A DNA stretch of 64,000 nt. Source: an uncultured delta proteobacterium (lineage in GTDB: Bacteria; Desulfobacterota; Syntrophia; Syntrophales; Smithellaceae). The stretch spans positions 64,001-128,000 of the forward strand of contig CAVWEH010000002.1 of the NCBI GenBank assembly GCA_963753975.1, in the 5' to 3' direction. The position numbers were made by a program, and so were the translations under genes. Below the pieces are notes generated by a model. That model was given only the letters and a program-made list of their open reading frames with translations, was not told where the DNA came from and searched no databases. Of this stretch, positions 11,222-21,964 are shown piece by piece (position 1 is the stretch's first letter; each line of letters opens with the position of its first letter).

Positions 11222-12463
11222 ATGGCTTTAGTTTTACCGTTTAAGGCGATCAGGCCCCAACGTCAATATGCAGGGCGAGTAGCCGCTCTGCCCTACGATG
11301 TCATGACCAGAGAAGAAGCTCAAAAGGCGGTTGCCGGAAATGACCTGAGTTTCATGCACGTGGAAAAATCGGAAATTGATGTGCCGGACGGGACCCGTAG
11401 CGACGATGATCTTATTTACCGCGCGGCAAAAAACAACTTTACCCGGATGAGGGAGAAGGGAATTTTTCTTCAGGAGAAATTTCCCTGCTTTTATATCTAT
11501 CGGCAGCAAATGTGTGCCCAGGTGCAAACCGGAATCGTCGGCGTGATGAGCGCGGCCGAATACGATGAAGGCAAGATCAAAAAACATGAATTGACGAGGA
11601 AGGATAAAGAAGAAGACCGCATCCGTCATGTGGGGATAGTCAATGCACAAACCGGTCCGGTTTTTATCAGTTATGTGGCGCGTTCCCGGATAAATGCAAT
11701 CGTAAAAAAGTTAGTTGCCGGTGAACCAGAATATGATTTTACAGCTGAGGATGGCGTTATCCACACAGCTTGGGTTGTAGCCGATGCCGGACAGATTGAA
11801 CAAATCAAAAAAGAATTTCTGCAGGTCGATGCTCTATACATTGCCGACGGACATCATCGTGCCGCCGCCGCCGCCGCTGTAGCCCGCCAAAGACGAAAAC
11901 CGGATAATGCCGCAGGTTCCATCAGGGAATCTGATATGGTGCTGGCGGTGTTCTTTCCCCATGATCAGTTGAAGGTAATGGATTATAATCGAGCCGTCAA
12001 GGACTTAAACGGATTAACGCCGGAAAAATATCTGGAGAAGATCGCTGCCGGCTTTAAAGTCAATAAAAACTTTGCTGCAAAATCACCGCAGCAGCTGCAC
12101 GATTTCGGCATGTATTTGGGCGGGCAGTGGTATAAGCTGACCATTAAAGATGGAATGTATGATGCAAAAGACCCGGTAGCGAGTCTTGATGCGGCAATAC
12201 TGCAGGATCATCTGCTGGCGCCGGTTTTAGGCATTGCCGACCCGCGCACGGATGACCGCATTAAATTTATCGGCGGCATTCGCGGCATGGCAGAACTGGA
12301 AAAGCTGGTGGACAAAGACGGCTTTGCTGTTGCTTTTTCCTTATATCCGACAACGATGGAACAGATCATGAAGGTAGCTGACTCCGGGGCAATTATGCCG
12401 CCCAAGTCCACCTGGTTTGAACCGAAACTGCGTAGCGGCATGTTTATCCATGATCTTAGCTGA
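11222..12463 (+). CDS. DUF1015 family protein
   Basis: LPYDV, IKKHELT, YIADGHHR, MPPKSTWFEPKLRSG; SD gaggag. Confidence 0.88.
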   Translation: MALVLPFKAIRPQRQYAGRVAALPYDVMTREEAQKAVAGNDLSFMHVEKSEIDVPDGTRSDDDLIYRAAKNNFTRMREKGIFLQEKFPCFYIYRQQMCAQVQTGIVGVMSAAEYDEGKIKKHELTRKDKEEDRIRHVGIVNAQTGPVFISYVARSRINAIVKKLVAGEPEYDFTAEDGVIHTAWVVADAGQIEQIKKEFLQVDALYIADGHHRAAAAAAVARQRRKPDNAAGSIRESDMVLAVFFPHDQLKVMDYNRAVKDLNGLTPEKYLEKIAAGFKVNKNFAAKSPQQLHDFGMYLGGQWYKLTIKDGMYDAKDPVASLDAAILQDHLLAPVLGIADPRTDDRIKFIGGIRGMAELEKLVDKDGFAVAFSLYPTTMEQIMKVADSGAIMPPKSTWFEPKLRSGMFIHDLS

Positions 12464-12482
12464 ATAAAACAAAACCAAAATC

Positions 12483-13236
12483 ATGGTAGAAGAAACTCTC
12501 GACGCAATCCTTGATGGTCATTTACGTGTTTTTCAAAAGAAAAGAGGATACAGGTTTTCTCTGGATTCTATTCTTCTTTCGCATTTTGTTATCTTAAAGC
12601 CGCGCGCGTGCGTCCTGGATTTGGGATGCGGCAGCGGCATTATTCTTCTTGTTCTGGTAAAACGTTTCCCGTATATAAATTGTATCGGTTTGGAAATTCA
12701 AGAAGAACTTGCGGCGCTGGCACAAAAAAACGTCGACTTTAATAAGCTGGCACACCGCATAAAGATAGTAGAAGGCGATGCGCGCAAAATTAAAAATATT
12801 TTTCCCTCAAATTCATTTGATGTCGTAATATTTAATCCGCCTTATCGAAAGTTAAGCTCCGGCAGGATTAATCTGCAACTGGAAAAAGCCATCGCCCGCC
12901 ATGAAATTAAAGGCTCTCTGAAGAATTTCATAAAAGCGGCAAGATATTTGCTAAAACCGGAAGGAAAAGTATTTACTATTTATCCGGCGAAAAGATTGGT
13001 CGAACTGATAACGCTTTTCCGTAAAAATTCCATCGAACCGAAAAGAATGAAACCAGTTTATTCTGATAATCTGTCCGCGGCGGAGTTTATTCTGGTCGAG
13101 GGCAGAAAAGGAATGGGGGAAGAACTTAAAATTGAACAACCGCTTTTTATCTATGATCGAGAATAAAAAATATACGGCAGATATGGTAGGCATATTCAGC
13201 GAGCTTGCTCGTTTTCCCAACGCCGCCGGCGATTGA
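12483..13236 (+). CDS. tRNA1(Val) A37 N6-methyltransferase-like (YfiC/TrmN6 family); ORF stops at 13166 but a +1 frameshift at ~13158 probably hides the true C-terminus
   Basis: GYRFSLDS, LDLGCGSG, NPPY, IARHE; removing one base at 13157/8 gives IYDENKKYTADMVGIF... ending TGA 13236. Confidence 0.8.
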
Positions 13237-13711
13237 TTTCCGCTTGCATCACTCGCTTAAGGATTATGGCCAATTCGCCGTCGGTCAATGACGCGGTACA
13301 TTCCGCTATCATTTTTTTATCTCTTTCTTTTAATAATGAATTTTTTGCCGCAGATATATTTGCATCCGTCCTTGTTTGTGCAAGTTTATGGCCGACTGAA
13401 AAACGTATATCTTTTACGGCAATTTTCCCGGCAAGTTCGTTAAGCTTTTGTAAAATTTCTTCTTTCATGAAATGAAGCTGTTGTACCCATACCGAGGAAG
13501 TTGTTTTGACAAATAAAGTTCCGTTTTTTAAAGAATCAGGTTGTGTTTGTAGGATGATCTGTTGACCGACGGCTTTAGGCCAAAGTTTTATCAGAGAGTT
13601 TTCTTCAATCTTTGCGGCAATGCCCTTTCCTTTAAAGGACGAAAATAAAATTTCGCCTATTGATTGCAATCGAGATTGATTTTTTCTTTTGCGCATCTTT
13701 TTTAGTGGCAC
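13196..13711 (-). CDS. DUF721/DciA family protein
   Basis: WPKAVG..I...T.P......LFV...SSVW.QQL pattern. Confidence 0.75.
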   Translation of the reverse strand: MPLKKMRKRKNQSRLQSIGEILFSSFKGKGIAAKIEENSLIKLWPKAVGQQIILQTQPDSLKNGTLFVKTTSSVWVQQLHFMKEEILQKLNELAGKIAVKDIRFSVGHKLAQTRTDANISAAKNSLLKERDKKMIAECTASLTDGELAIILKRVMQAEINRRRRWENEQAR

Positions 13712-13814
13712 AATTCAAAAAAAAGGTCAAGACGGCGGAAAATGGGGCACAGGAAGAGGCAGTCAAATATAACTAAGAGAATATTCTAAAATATCTTGAT
13801 AGTAAACGATTGTT

Positions 13815-15785
13815 TTATTTTGACGCGGTTTTCTGTTCATCCATAATTTTGCGCAATTGGGAGGCGATATCTCGAATGGTAAATGGTTTTTGGATGAATC
13901 CCACACAGCCGCGCTTGATTATTCTGCTTGCCTGTCCGTTTAAACTATAGCCGCTGGAGAGCAAAACTTTTACTTGGGGATTAATTTTTTTTAGTTCGTC
14001 AAAAATCTCTCCACCTCCCATTTCCGGCATTACCATATCGAGGATAACCAAATCGATATTTTCTTTTGAGTTTTTATATAAGTCTATCGCTGATGAACCG
14101 TCTTGAGCGGTTATAATCGTATAGCCTAAGGTTTTTAATAATTCACTGCCAACGGTCAAGATCATTGATTCATCATCAACAAGAAGAATTGTCTCCTTAC
14201 CTTTGGATATAACGTTATCTCTATCAATATCTTTATCTTTATGACGAGTATCCTTTTTGGGAGATGCCGGAAGATAAATATTAAAAGTGGTTCCCTGTCC
14301 TTTTTCGGAGTAAACATTTATAAAACCATTATGGTTCTTGATGATTCCATAAACAGAGGCGAGACCCAGTCCGGTTCCCCGCCCCATTTCCTTGGTCGTA
14401 AAAAAAGGTTCAAAAATTCTTTCTTTTGTTTTTTCATCCATGCCGACACCGGTGTCGGTTACCGAAATTTTTACATAATGACCATTCATGGTTACGTATG
14501 GTTTAAAACGGCTTTCTTCAACAAAAACATTTTTAGTTTCCAAATAAAGATTGCCGCCGCCCGGCATAGCTTGCCAGGCATTGACATAGAGATTGAGCAA
14601 TACTTGCTCAATTTGCCCATGATCGATCTCAACCGGCCAAAGATCATTTTGAAAGTTGCGGTGAATTTTAATTTCTTTTTTAGTGCGACCGATTGTTTCC
14701 GAAGTTTTTTGAATTAATAAGTTTAAATCTACGGTTTTTACCTCATATTTGCCGCCGCGGGCAAAACCAAGAAGTTGTTTGGTTAAATCGGCTCCGCTCA
14801 TGACCAGAGTTTCGATAGTTTTCAGGTGTTCAAAATTAGCATTTTGGGGCTCCATATGCAGAAGTGCCAGTGAGGCATGCCCTTGAATACCCATGAGCAG
14901 GTTGTTAAAATCATGAGCTATACCGCCGGCAAGCGTGCCGATGGATTCCATTTTTTGAGCTTGAAATAGCCGCGCTTCCGTTCTTTTTTGTTTTGTCATG
15001 TTTCTCATGGAATTTAGAATTGCCGGTTCATTATCCCAGTTCATACCCACACTATTGGTTTCCACCCAAAGGGTTACGCCTTGTTTATTTATGATACGAA
15101 AAGAATAATTGATGCTCGGATTTTCCCCCTGCAGACAGCCTTCCTGCAATTCCAGCACCATGTTGCGATCTTCAGAAACAACAAGATTGATGAAGGAAAT
15201 TGATGATAGCTCCTCCATACCGTAACCGATCATTTGCTCGGTATGCAGGTTGGCATACTTTATTTTTCCGTCCATAATAATAAAAATAGCTTCATTGGAA
15301 TTTTCAATAAGCAGACGGTATTTCTCTTCCGATTTGCGCAGTGCCTCTTCGGCTAACCGCCTCTCGGTGATATTTTTGGAGACAATGGCGACAGCGATTA
15401 TTTTTTTATTATCTATGGGATCTCTTACCGGGCTGAAAGTGCGCAAAAAATAGTCGCTTTCACGATGGCTTTGGTGCTCGTCCTGAACGGATTTATTTGT
15501 TGTGTACACTTCTTTGATTCTTTCGGCAAATTCTTTACTTTGTTCGGCGGAATGAAACTCATCGTAGGAATGTCCGATAATATTTTCTAGGGGCAATTTC
15601 AATCTTTGAATGTGGTTATTATTCATAAAAATATAACGGCATTTCTCATCAACCAGATACAAAGAGTCGGTAGTTGAATCGACGAGATAGCGATATTGAT
15701 TCTCAGTATTTTCATACTGCAGAATGTTTCGCTCGAGCTCGGCTATTTTTTGTTCCAGCTCTTCGTAAGTCGGTTTTGATTCCAT
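13815..15785 (-). CDS. Cytoplasmic PAS-PAS hybrid histidine kinase with receiver (CckA-like)
   Basis: LAGGIAHDFNNLL H-box, NLYVNA, DTGVG, FFTTK, GTGLGL, receiver LLVDD. Confidence 0.92.
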   Translation of the reverse strand: MESKPTYEELEQKIAELERNILQYENTENQYRYLVDSTTDSLYLVDEKCRYIFMNNNHIQRLKLPLENIIGHSYDEFHSAEQSKEFAERIKEVYTTNKSVQDEHQSHRESDYFLRTFSPVRDPIDNKKIIAVAIVSKNITERRLAEEALRKSEEKYRLLIENSNEAIFIIMDGKIKYANLHTEQMIGYGMEELSSISFINLVVSEDRNMVLELQEGCLQGENPSINYSFRIINKQGVTLWVETNSVGMNWDNEPAILNSMRNMTKQKRTEARLFQAQKMESIGTLAGGIAHDFNNLLMGIQGHASLALLHMEPQNANFEHLKTIETLVMSGADLTKQLLGFARGGKYEVKTVDLNLLIQKTSETIGRTKKEIKIHRNFQNDLWPVEIDHGQIEQVLLNLYVNAWQAMPGGGNLYLETKNVFVEESRFKPYVTMNGHYVKISVTDTGVGMDEKTKERIFEPFFTTKEMGRGTGLGLASVYGIIKNHNGFINVYSEKGQGTTFNIYLPASPKKDTRHKDKDIDRDNVISKGKETILLVDDESMILTVGSELLKTLGYTIITAQDGSSAIDLYKNSKENIDLVILDMVMPEMGGGEIFDELKKINPQVKVLLSSGYSLNGQASRIIKRGCVGFIQKPFTIRDIASQLRKIMDEQKTASK

Positions 15786-15812
15786 TTTCCGTTATATATA
15801 TGAAGTATTTTA

Positions 15813-16343
15813 CTAAACTAATTTTTTCAATTCGGCGAAATAAACTTCATAAACTGGCCGGCTGAAAAGAATATGACGGATAAGCTTTATATTCGTATTG
15901 CTCCGGGCAAATTCAATACATGTTTTCAGCGCCAAACGAGCTGCATCTTCCAGGGGATACCCGTAAATACCGGTGCTTATAGCCGGAAATGAGACGCTTT
16001 GCAATCCTTTTTCTCGGGCGAGTTCCAGGCTTTTTTTATAGGCGCTCTCCAGAAGTAAAGCTTCGCCTTTTGTTCCGCCTTTATAGATCGGCCCGACAGT
16101 GTGGATTACGTATTTAGCCTGGAGATTTCCGCCGGTGGTAATTACGGCCTGACCGGTCGCACAACCGCCAAGGAGACGGCATTCGGCCATGATTTCCGGA
16201 CCTCCGGCGCGATGAATGGCGCCGTCGACACCGGCACCACCAGCCAGGCGCTCATTGGCGGCGTTAACAATGGCATCGGTAGTTTCCTCAGTTATATCGC
16301 CGCAGGCAAGCACTATCAGAGTTTCATTGATTTTTGTCTCCAC
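15813..16343 (-). CDS. Macro-domain O-acetyl-ADP-ribose deacetylase (YmdB-like)
   Basis: GDIT, DAIVNAAN, GGAGVDGAIHRAGG, HTVGP, FPAISTGIYGYP. Confidence 0.92.
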   Translation of the reverse strand: METKINETLIVLACGDITEETTDAIVNAANERLAGGAGVDGAIHRAGGPEIMAECRLLGGCATGQAVITTGGNLQAKYVIHTVGPIYKGGTKGEALLLESAYKKSLELAREKGLQSVSFPAISTGIYGYPLEDAARLALKTCIEFARSNTNIKLIRHILFSRPVYEVYFAELKKLV

Positions 16344-16480
16344 CGGCTACGTTCTCCTAACATTTTTGATCTCGGGATGATTATTGATCTATATATTAAG
16401 CGAAAGATTGAACAACTGTAAAGAAATACTTTTTGTGAGCGTGGCAAGAAGGCCTTTTTAGTTGAAAATTAAGCTCTTAA

Positions 16481-16912
16481 ATGCTAGAGACTCTACACGT
16501 TGGAATGAGAGAAAGAACCATGGTTACGCTGCAAAATAGAAAAGACAAGCAACAAGATAATTTGTGCGAAGAACTGTTGCGGGAAAGAGCGGCAGTTTTG
16601 AGTCGCGCGGGTACGGCCGTAAGCGATGCCATCGATCGCCTGATGCGCCTGGATGGGGAAATCGAAAAGAAAACATCTTTTTTAAAGGCGCTAATAAGAA
16701 ACAAAAATAAACGGGAAATATTGCAGGAAGAAAAAATGATCTGCGAAGAAATCAATTTAAGCATTGATCAATTCAACGCTATCTGTCAAAAAGCGCAACT
16801 TCAATATTATTATTTGATTGTTACCCGGGAAGCGCTGGGATTAAGGCGGCATGAAATGATTCAGGAAATTTACCGAATTCCGCCGGAAAAGAAAAAAATA
16901 AAGGTCGGTTAA
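16481..16912 (+). CDS. Hypothetical helical protein coupled to pcm (start uncertain)
   Basis: 143-aa ORF whose TAA overlaps the pcm ATG (TAATG). Confidence 0.7.
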   Translation: MLETLHVGMRERTMVTLQNRKDKQQDNLCEELLRERAAVLSRAGTAVSDAIDRLMRLDGEIEKKTSFLKALIRNKNKREILQEEKMICEEINLSIDQFNAICQKAQLQYYYLIVTREALGLRRHEMIQEIYRIPPEKKKIKVG

Positions 16913-17565
16913 TGGATAGATATAAAAAACAGCGAATACGGATGGTAGAAACGCAGCTAAAGACGCGTGACATAATCGACACTCGCGTATTGAAAGTAAT
17001 GGCAAGCAGTCCGCGGCATCTTTTTGTTGATGAAGGTCTGATCGATCAAGCATACAATGACAACCCCCTTCCTATCAGTGAAAAACAAACCATTTCCCAG
17101 CCCTATATAGTCGCCCTCATGACCCAGGCGCTGGAATTAAAAGGAAAGGAAAGAGTCTTAGAAATCGGCACCGGTTCCGGTTATCAGACAGCGATTTTAG
17201 CTTCTTTGGCCTTTCGCGTTTTTTCCATCGAACGAATTGCCGCGCTGGCGGCAAAGGCGCGTAAAATTCTCGATCAGTTGAATTATTACAATGTGGCCAT
17301 CAGGGTCGGAGATGGTTCCTACGGCTGGAAAGAAGAAGCTCCTTTTGATGCCATTATAACTACGGCCGCAGCGCCGGAAATTCCTCAACACCTGATCGAG
17401 CAGCTTGTGATCGGCGGGAGACTTGTTGTACCGGTCGGTAACCGCGATGTGCAAACTTTATATAAATTGACTCGTCTTTCGGAGAATCCGCAAGAGGTAA
17501 TAAAAGAGGACTTGGGCGGGTGCCGTTTTGTAAGCTTGATCGGGGAGAGCGGATGGAAAGATTAA
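16912..17565 (+). CDS. pcm: Protein-L-isoaspartate O-methyltransferase
   Basis: PRHLFV, QTISQPYIVA, VLEIGTGSGYQTA, APFDAI. Confidence 0.95.
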   Translation: MDRYKKQRIRMVETQLKTRDIIDTRVLKVMASSPRHLFVDEGLIDQAYNDNPLPISEKQTISQPYIVALMTQALELKGKERVLEIGTGSGYQTAILASLAFRVFSIERIAALAAKARKILDQLNYYNVAIRVGDGSYGWKEEAPFDAIITTAAAPEIPQHLIEQLVIGGRLVVPVGNRDVQTLYKLTRLSENPQEVIKEDLGGCRFVSLIGESGWKD

Positions 17566-18512
17566 AGCATTTATTATTTTCCAGTCTTTTAATATTTATA
17601 GCTTTGCTATTTATTTCTTCTTGTTCCGGTACCCCGGTGCAAAGGGAGCCGGCAAAGGGAGTTTACCACCGGGTGAAAAATGGTGAAACGGCATGGAGCA
17701 TTGCCCGTGCTTATCGCATAAAATTACAGGACTTGACGGAAATAAACGATATCAGTGATCCCAATTTGCTTAAAGAAGGAGCTATTGTATTTATTCCCGG
17801 AGCCAATCAAGTAATTGATGATGTTATGCCCTATGTAAAGAATTTGGATGCGACGTCTAAAACCGCAGTCCAAACCGATGTGCCTGATGAGGTTAAAGGT
17901 TCGGCGGAAATTATTAACGAGGAAAAAGGAAAATCTTCGAGTGAAACTAAACCCGTTGCGGATAAAAAGTTAGAAACACCGGCAGCGTCATCGGCAATAC
18001 CGCAGGAAACGAAGATTGAACATCGTGATGAATTGAAGCAGGTTGCTGTAACTCCGGCAATAAAACTTCCTGGCGAAAAAATTGAAGCAGAACCTAAAGC
18101 AAAATCGCGAGTGGTAGAAAAGGAACAAATTAAATTAGAAAAGAAATTATTTATTTGGCCGGTGAACGGAAGAGTAAAGACGCGTTTTGGCATTCAGCCT
18201 AATAAAACTTTCCATAATTGGATTAAAATCGTTTCGGTCGCAGGAAGCGAGGTTAAAGCTGCCGCTTCCGGCGACGTTATTTTTTCTTCGAAATTAAAAG
18301 GCTATGGACAGACAGTTATAGTTCGCCACGAAAATAATTTCACTACTGTCTATACTCATCTGAAAAAAATAAACGTCAAGGCGGATCAAAATCTAAAAAA
18401 AGGAGAAAAGATTGCTCTGGTTGGGGACATAGACAAGACCGGAGACGCCTATATAAATTTTGAAATCCGTTTACAGGGCAAAGCACGCAACCCATTATTT
18501 TTCCTGCCTTGA
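17553..18512 (+). CDS. LysM + M23/LytM lipoprotein (NlpD-like)
   Basis: Lipobox ISSC, LysM YHRVKNGET, M23 WPVNG...YTH...FEIR; follows pcm. Confidence 0.85.
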   Translation: MERLKHLLFSSLLIFIALLFISSCSGTPVQREPAKGVYHRVKNGETAWSIARAYRIKLQDLTEINDISDPNLLKEGAIVFIPGANQVIDDVMPYVKNLDATSKTAVQTDVPDEVKGSAEIINEEKGKSSSETKPVADKKLETPAASSAIPQETKIEHRDELKQVAVTPAIKLPGEKIEAEPKAKSRVVEKEQIKLEKKLFIWPVNGRVKTRFGIQPNKTFHNWIKIVSVAGSEVKAAASGDVIFSSKLKGYGQTVIVRHENNFTTVYTHLKKINVKADQNLKKGEKIALVGDIDKTGDAYINFEIRLQGKARNPLFFLP

Positions 18513-18589
18513 AAAATTTTTCCTAACTCTTGCCTGAAACAAAAAAGTAGTTATATTAATGCCCGTTGTTATTTTAATGAGGCAAAAAG

Positions 18590-19732
18590 ATGGAAAATTG
18601 TTTTGAGCAGGGACCAATTCGTCCCCCCAGCGAGGCAACAAGCCTTTTAATTCGTGTAACCAGAAATTGTCCATGGAATAAGTGTGCCTTTTGTCACACT
18701 TATCGCGGCACTAAGTTTGAATTGCGCAGCGTAGAAGAAGTTAAGAGGGATATCCAGGCGATGAGGAACTTTGCCGATCAAATTGTCGATCTTTCCGGGA
18801 AATTGGGGGAGGGCGGCCGCGTCAACAGGAATGTGCTGAAGCAGATATCTAATGACAAATTCTATAATGATTTTTTTCAAACGGTGGCGGTTTGGCTTTA
18901 TTTCGGCGGTGAAAATGTTTTTTTGCAAGATGCCAATTCGTTAGTTGCGAAAACTGCCGATCTGGTGGCTATTCTTGATTTTCTGAGGGAAAAGTTTCCG
19001 CAAATAAAGAGGATCACAACATACTGTCGTTCACACACGGCGGCGAGGAAGACTGTAAGTGAATTGGAACAATTAAGGAAAGCAGGCCTTTCGCGTATTC
19101 ATGTGGGTATGGAAAGCGGCAGTGATGAAGTCTTGGCCTTAATTAATAAAGGTGTAAAGGCAATCGATCATATTAAAGCCGGTCAAAATATCAGGCAAGC
19201 CGGAATTGAACTGAGCGAATATTTCATGCCCGGATTGGGAGGCGCAAAGTATACTACTCAGCACGCGTTGGAGACAGCCAGAGTCATGAACGCTATCAAT
19301 CCCGATTTCATCCGGTTAAGAACATTGCATGTCGTACCGGGCACAGAGCTAGAGGCCATAGTTAAAAACGGTGAATTCCAACCTTCGGGTGATGAGGACA
19401 TCCTCAGAGAAATCCGGTTGTTTATCGAAAATCTGGAAGTCAAAGGAAGTCATCTGGTTAGCGATCATATTTTAAACCTGCTGGAAGAATTGGAAGGTAC
19501 CTTCCCTGAAGATAAACCTAAAATTTTATCATTGATTAAAAGATATTTTGACTTGTCTGAGAAAGAACGGCTGATTTTTCGTTTGGGAAGGCGTAGCGGC
19601 GCGATAAGAAAACTGGATGAGCTTGATGATAAAGAAACTTTTTTAAGGCTGAAAGCGGTAGTTGACAATTATGCCGCGGAAGGAGGCAATTTAGAAGAAG
19701 ACATGGTTAAAATAATGAATAATTTTATTTAG
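18590..19732 (+). CDS. Radical SAM protein of unknown function
   Basis: GPIRPPSEA, CPWNKCAFC, FLQDANSL, GMESG. Confidence 0.85.
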   Translation: MENCFEQGPIRPPSEATSLLIRVTRNCPWNKCAFCHTYRGTKFELRSVEEVKRDIQAMRNFADQIVDLSGKLGEGGRVNRNVLKQISNDKFYNDFFQTVAVWLYFGGENVFLQDANSLVAKTADLVAILDFLREKFPQIKRITTYCRSHTAARKTVSELEQLRKAGLSRIHVGMESGSDEVLALINKGVKAIDHIKAGQNIRQAGIELSEYFMPGLGGAKYTTQHALETARVMNAINPDFIRLRTLHVVPGTELEAIVKNGEFQPSGDEDILREIRLFIENLEVKGSHLVSDHILNLLEELEGTFPEDKPKILSLIKRYFDLSEKERLIFRLGRRSGAIRKLDELDDKETFLRLKAVVDNYAAEGGNLEEDMVKIMNNFI

Positions 19733-20084
19733 GTATTGAATGCATTTTATAAGAGATTTTACACGTGTATTGCCATTGATTTAATCTGAATATTAATTAC
19801 CATTATTTGGTATAAATGCGGTTCCAGCTTTTCACTAAGAATTGCATTTTTTAAAAATCGTTCCGATTTTCTCCGCAGTTAAAAATAAAAAATCAAAAAC
19901 GATTAAATTTAGGAAAATTCAATTCCAATATCAAGGACATATTCGGATTATGAATATCAGGAATATCGCTTATATTTCAGCCATATTTGATTGGTCAATT
20001 ATTGATAAAGCTATTGGTCATTGACTATAAGGCCAATTAGTGATAAATATCTCTTTTCGTCATAGAAAGGCAGGAGAATAAAAA

Positions 20085-20570
20085 ATGTTCAAAGTAGGGG
20101 ATTTGGCGGTATATCCGGCACAAGGTGTCGGAGTCATTGAAGCTATTGAAAACAGGGAAGTAATGGGCAAGAAGCAGCCCTTCTACATTATGAAGATTAT
20201 GGGAAATGGCATGAAAATAATGATTCCCACGAATAGTGCCAAAGCTGTTGGTCTGCGCGAAGTTATATTGGAAAAAGAAATACCCAAAGTATTTGAAATA
20301 TTGCGAAATAAGGATGTTACTATAGACAAACAAACCTGGAATAAACGTTACCGGGAATACCTGGAAAAAATTAAGACAGGTTCGGTATTTGAAATAGCAA
20401 GTGTTTTGCGTGACTTATTTATTTTGAAGAGCGATAAGAATCTTTCGTTCGGTGAAAGAAAAATGATGGATACAGCTAAGAATTTGCTGGTCAAAGAAAT
20501 ATCCGTGGCTACGAATAAACAGGAAGCTAAGGTTGAGCAAGACTTGCAAATGATTTTCACCGTACAATAA
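20085..20570 (+). CDS. carD: CarD/CdnL family transcriptional regulator
   Basis: FKVGDLAVYPAQGVG, TWNKRYR, LSFGERKM. Confidence 0.92.
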   Translation: MFKVGDLAVYPAQGVGVIEAIENREVMGKKQPFYIMKIMGNGMKIMIPTNSAKAVGLREVILEKEIPKVFEILRNKDVTIDKQTWNKRYREYLEKIKTGSVFEIASVLRDLFILKSDKNLSFGERKMMDTAKNLLVKEISVATNKQEAKVEQDLQMIFTVQ

Positions 20571-20745
20571 TAGATTGCTCATTAAGAAAACGTTCTTTGA
20601 AAATTGAAGATAAGTTAATTGCCTTTCCTTTTTTTGATGGAAAACCGCAAAAGTTACCTCCGTTTTAAATATCGAACGATTAATGGTTATGAAAAGGATG
20701 AGAAAAAAATATATAGCATAGTAAATTGAAAGGAGGTGAAAGGGA

Positions 20746-21789
20746 TTGATCATTAGAATTATATTGATCTTGGCATGTTCTATAAGCGGTTCTGCTATCG
20801 CTTATTATTCCGCAGCGCCAACTTCATATTTATTACTGGAATCAATTGGCGGCTTCATTATTGGATTATTAATTGCTTTATTGGTCATAAAAGTTGAACA
20901 AGATATTCGTAAATTATCTTTAAAAATAATTATCGGCGGCGTCATAGGCATGGTTATCGGCCTTTTGATCGCTTTGATATTAGGCTTTGGTTTAAATCTG
21001 GTCAGTCAAATCAGCGAAAATCCGCAAATCGTGCCATGGGTGTATCTGCTGCTAACGGGAATATTGGGTTATCTCGGCCTTGTTTTGGGATCGAAAAAAG
21101 TTGAAGAATTTCATTTTCAAGGTACCGGTTCCAAAGTTAGTAGTGAATTCCGTATTCTGGATACGAGTGTAATCATTGACGGAAGAATTGCGGATATTTG
21201 TGACAGCGGATTTATTGAGGGCGAATTGATTGTTCCGCGTTTTGTGTTGAATGAATTGCAGTTTGTTGCCGATTCTTCGGATTCCATGAAGCGATCGCGG
21301 GGAAGACGCGGACTAGATGTCCTGAACCACATGCAAAAAAGCACAAACATCAACATTGAAATAGTTGAGCAGGATTTTCCGAAAATTAAAGGAGTAGACG
21401 GGAAACTTGTGGCTCTGGCCAAGAAAATCGATGCAAAACTGCTGACCAACGATTATAATTTGAACAAGGTAGCTGAATTGCAGGGTGTTCGGGTGTTGAA
21501 TATTAATGAGTTGGCCAACGCCATGAAACCGGTAGTACTGCCGGGTGAGCACATGAGTGTCAAAATAATTCGCGAAGGTAAAGAATTGGGGCAGGGTGTA
21601 GGTTATCTGGATGATGGAACAATGATTATCGTGGATAACGCGCAAAAGCTGCTTAACATGAATGTGGATGTCGTCGTGACCAGTGTTTTACAAACAACCG
21701 CCGGCCGTATGATTTTTTCCGAATTAAAAGAAACGGCGGATAAGAAAAATCAACAAAACTTAAAAGTTCCTTCAGAGGCGGCAAACTGA
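20746..21789 (+). CDS. Membrane PIN/TRAM domain protein (YacL-like)
   Basis: TM helices, LDTSVIIDGRI PIN, GVGYLDDGTM TRAM; lies between carD and ispD. Confidence 0.9.
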   Translation: MIIRIILILACSISGSAIAYYSAAPTSYLLLESIGGFIIGLLIALLVIKVEQDIRKLSLKIIIGGVIGMVIGLLIALILGFGLNLVSQISENPQIVPWVYLLLTGILGYLGLVLGSKKVEEFHFQGTGSKVSSEFRILDTSVIIDGRIADICDSGFIEGELIVPRFVLNELQFVADSSDSMKRSRGRRGLDVLNHMQKSTNINIEIVEQDFPKIKGVDGKLVALAKKIDAKLLTNDYNLNKVAELQGVRVLNINELANAMKPVVLPGEHMSVKIIREGKELGQGVGYLDDGTMIIVDNAQKLLNMNVDVVVTSVLQTTAGRMIFSELKETADKKNQQNLKVPSEAAN

Positions 21790-21828
21790 GGTTTCTTTAA
21801 TGCTTAACGTAAATATCATTTGAAAAAT

Positions 21829-21863
21829 GAGCCCGGGAAAGTCAGATTCCGGGCTTATTTTTA
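21829..21863 (+). terminator. Intrinsic terminator after PIN/TRAM gene
   Basis: agcccgg...ccgggct hairpin followed by tattttt. Confidence 0.6.
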
Positions 21864-21909
21864 TAATGAAATATTCCATTTTTAAATCAAAGATGATATC
21901 AAGACGGTA

Positions 21910-21964
21910 GTGAAACTCATATCCTAAGAACGCAGTGATTTAGGATTTGCTAATTGAACTATCC
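21910..21964 (+). repeat. Dispersed structured repeat, copy 2
   Basis: gtgaaact-catatcctaa/ttaggatttg stem, loop gaACGCAGTgat, ctaattgaac-tatcc. Confidence 0.7.

Noticed and set aside
15813..16343. Macro domain as a DarG-type antitoxin
   Set aside because: Typical stand-alone YmdB-like sequence with no adjacent DarT or ADP-ribosyltransferase.
18590..19732. Non-canonical CX4CX2C radical SAM motif as a novelty
   Set aside because: To my knowledge this spacing is usual in the RPPSEA-type radical SAM family.
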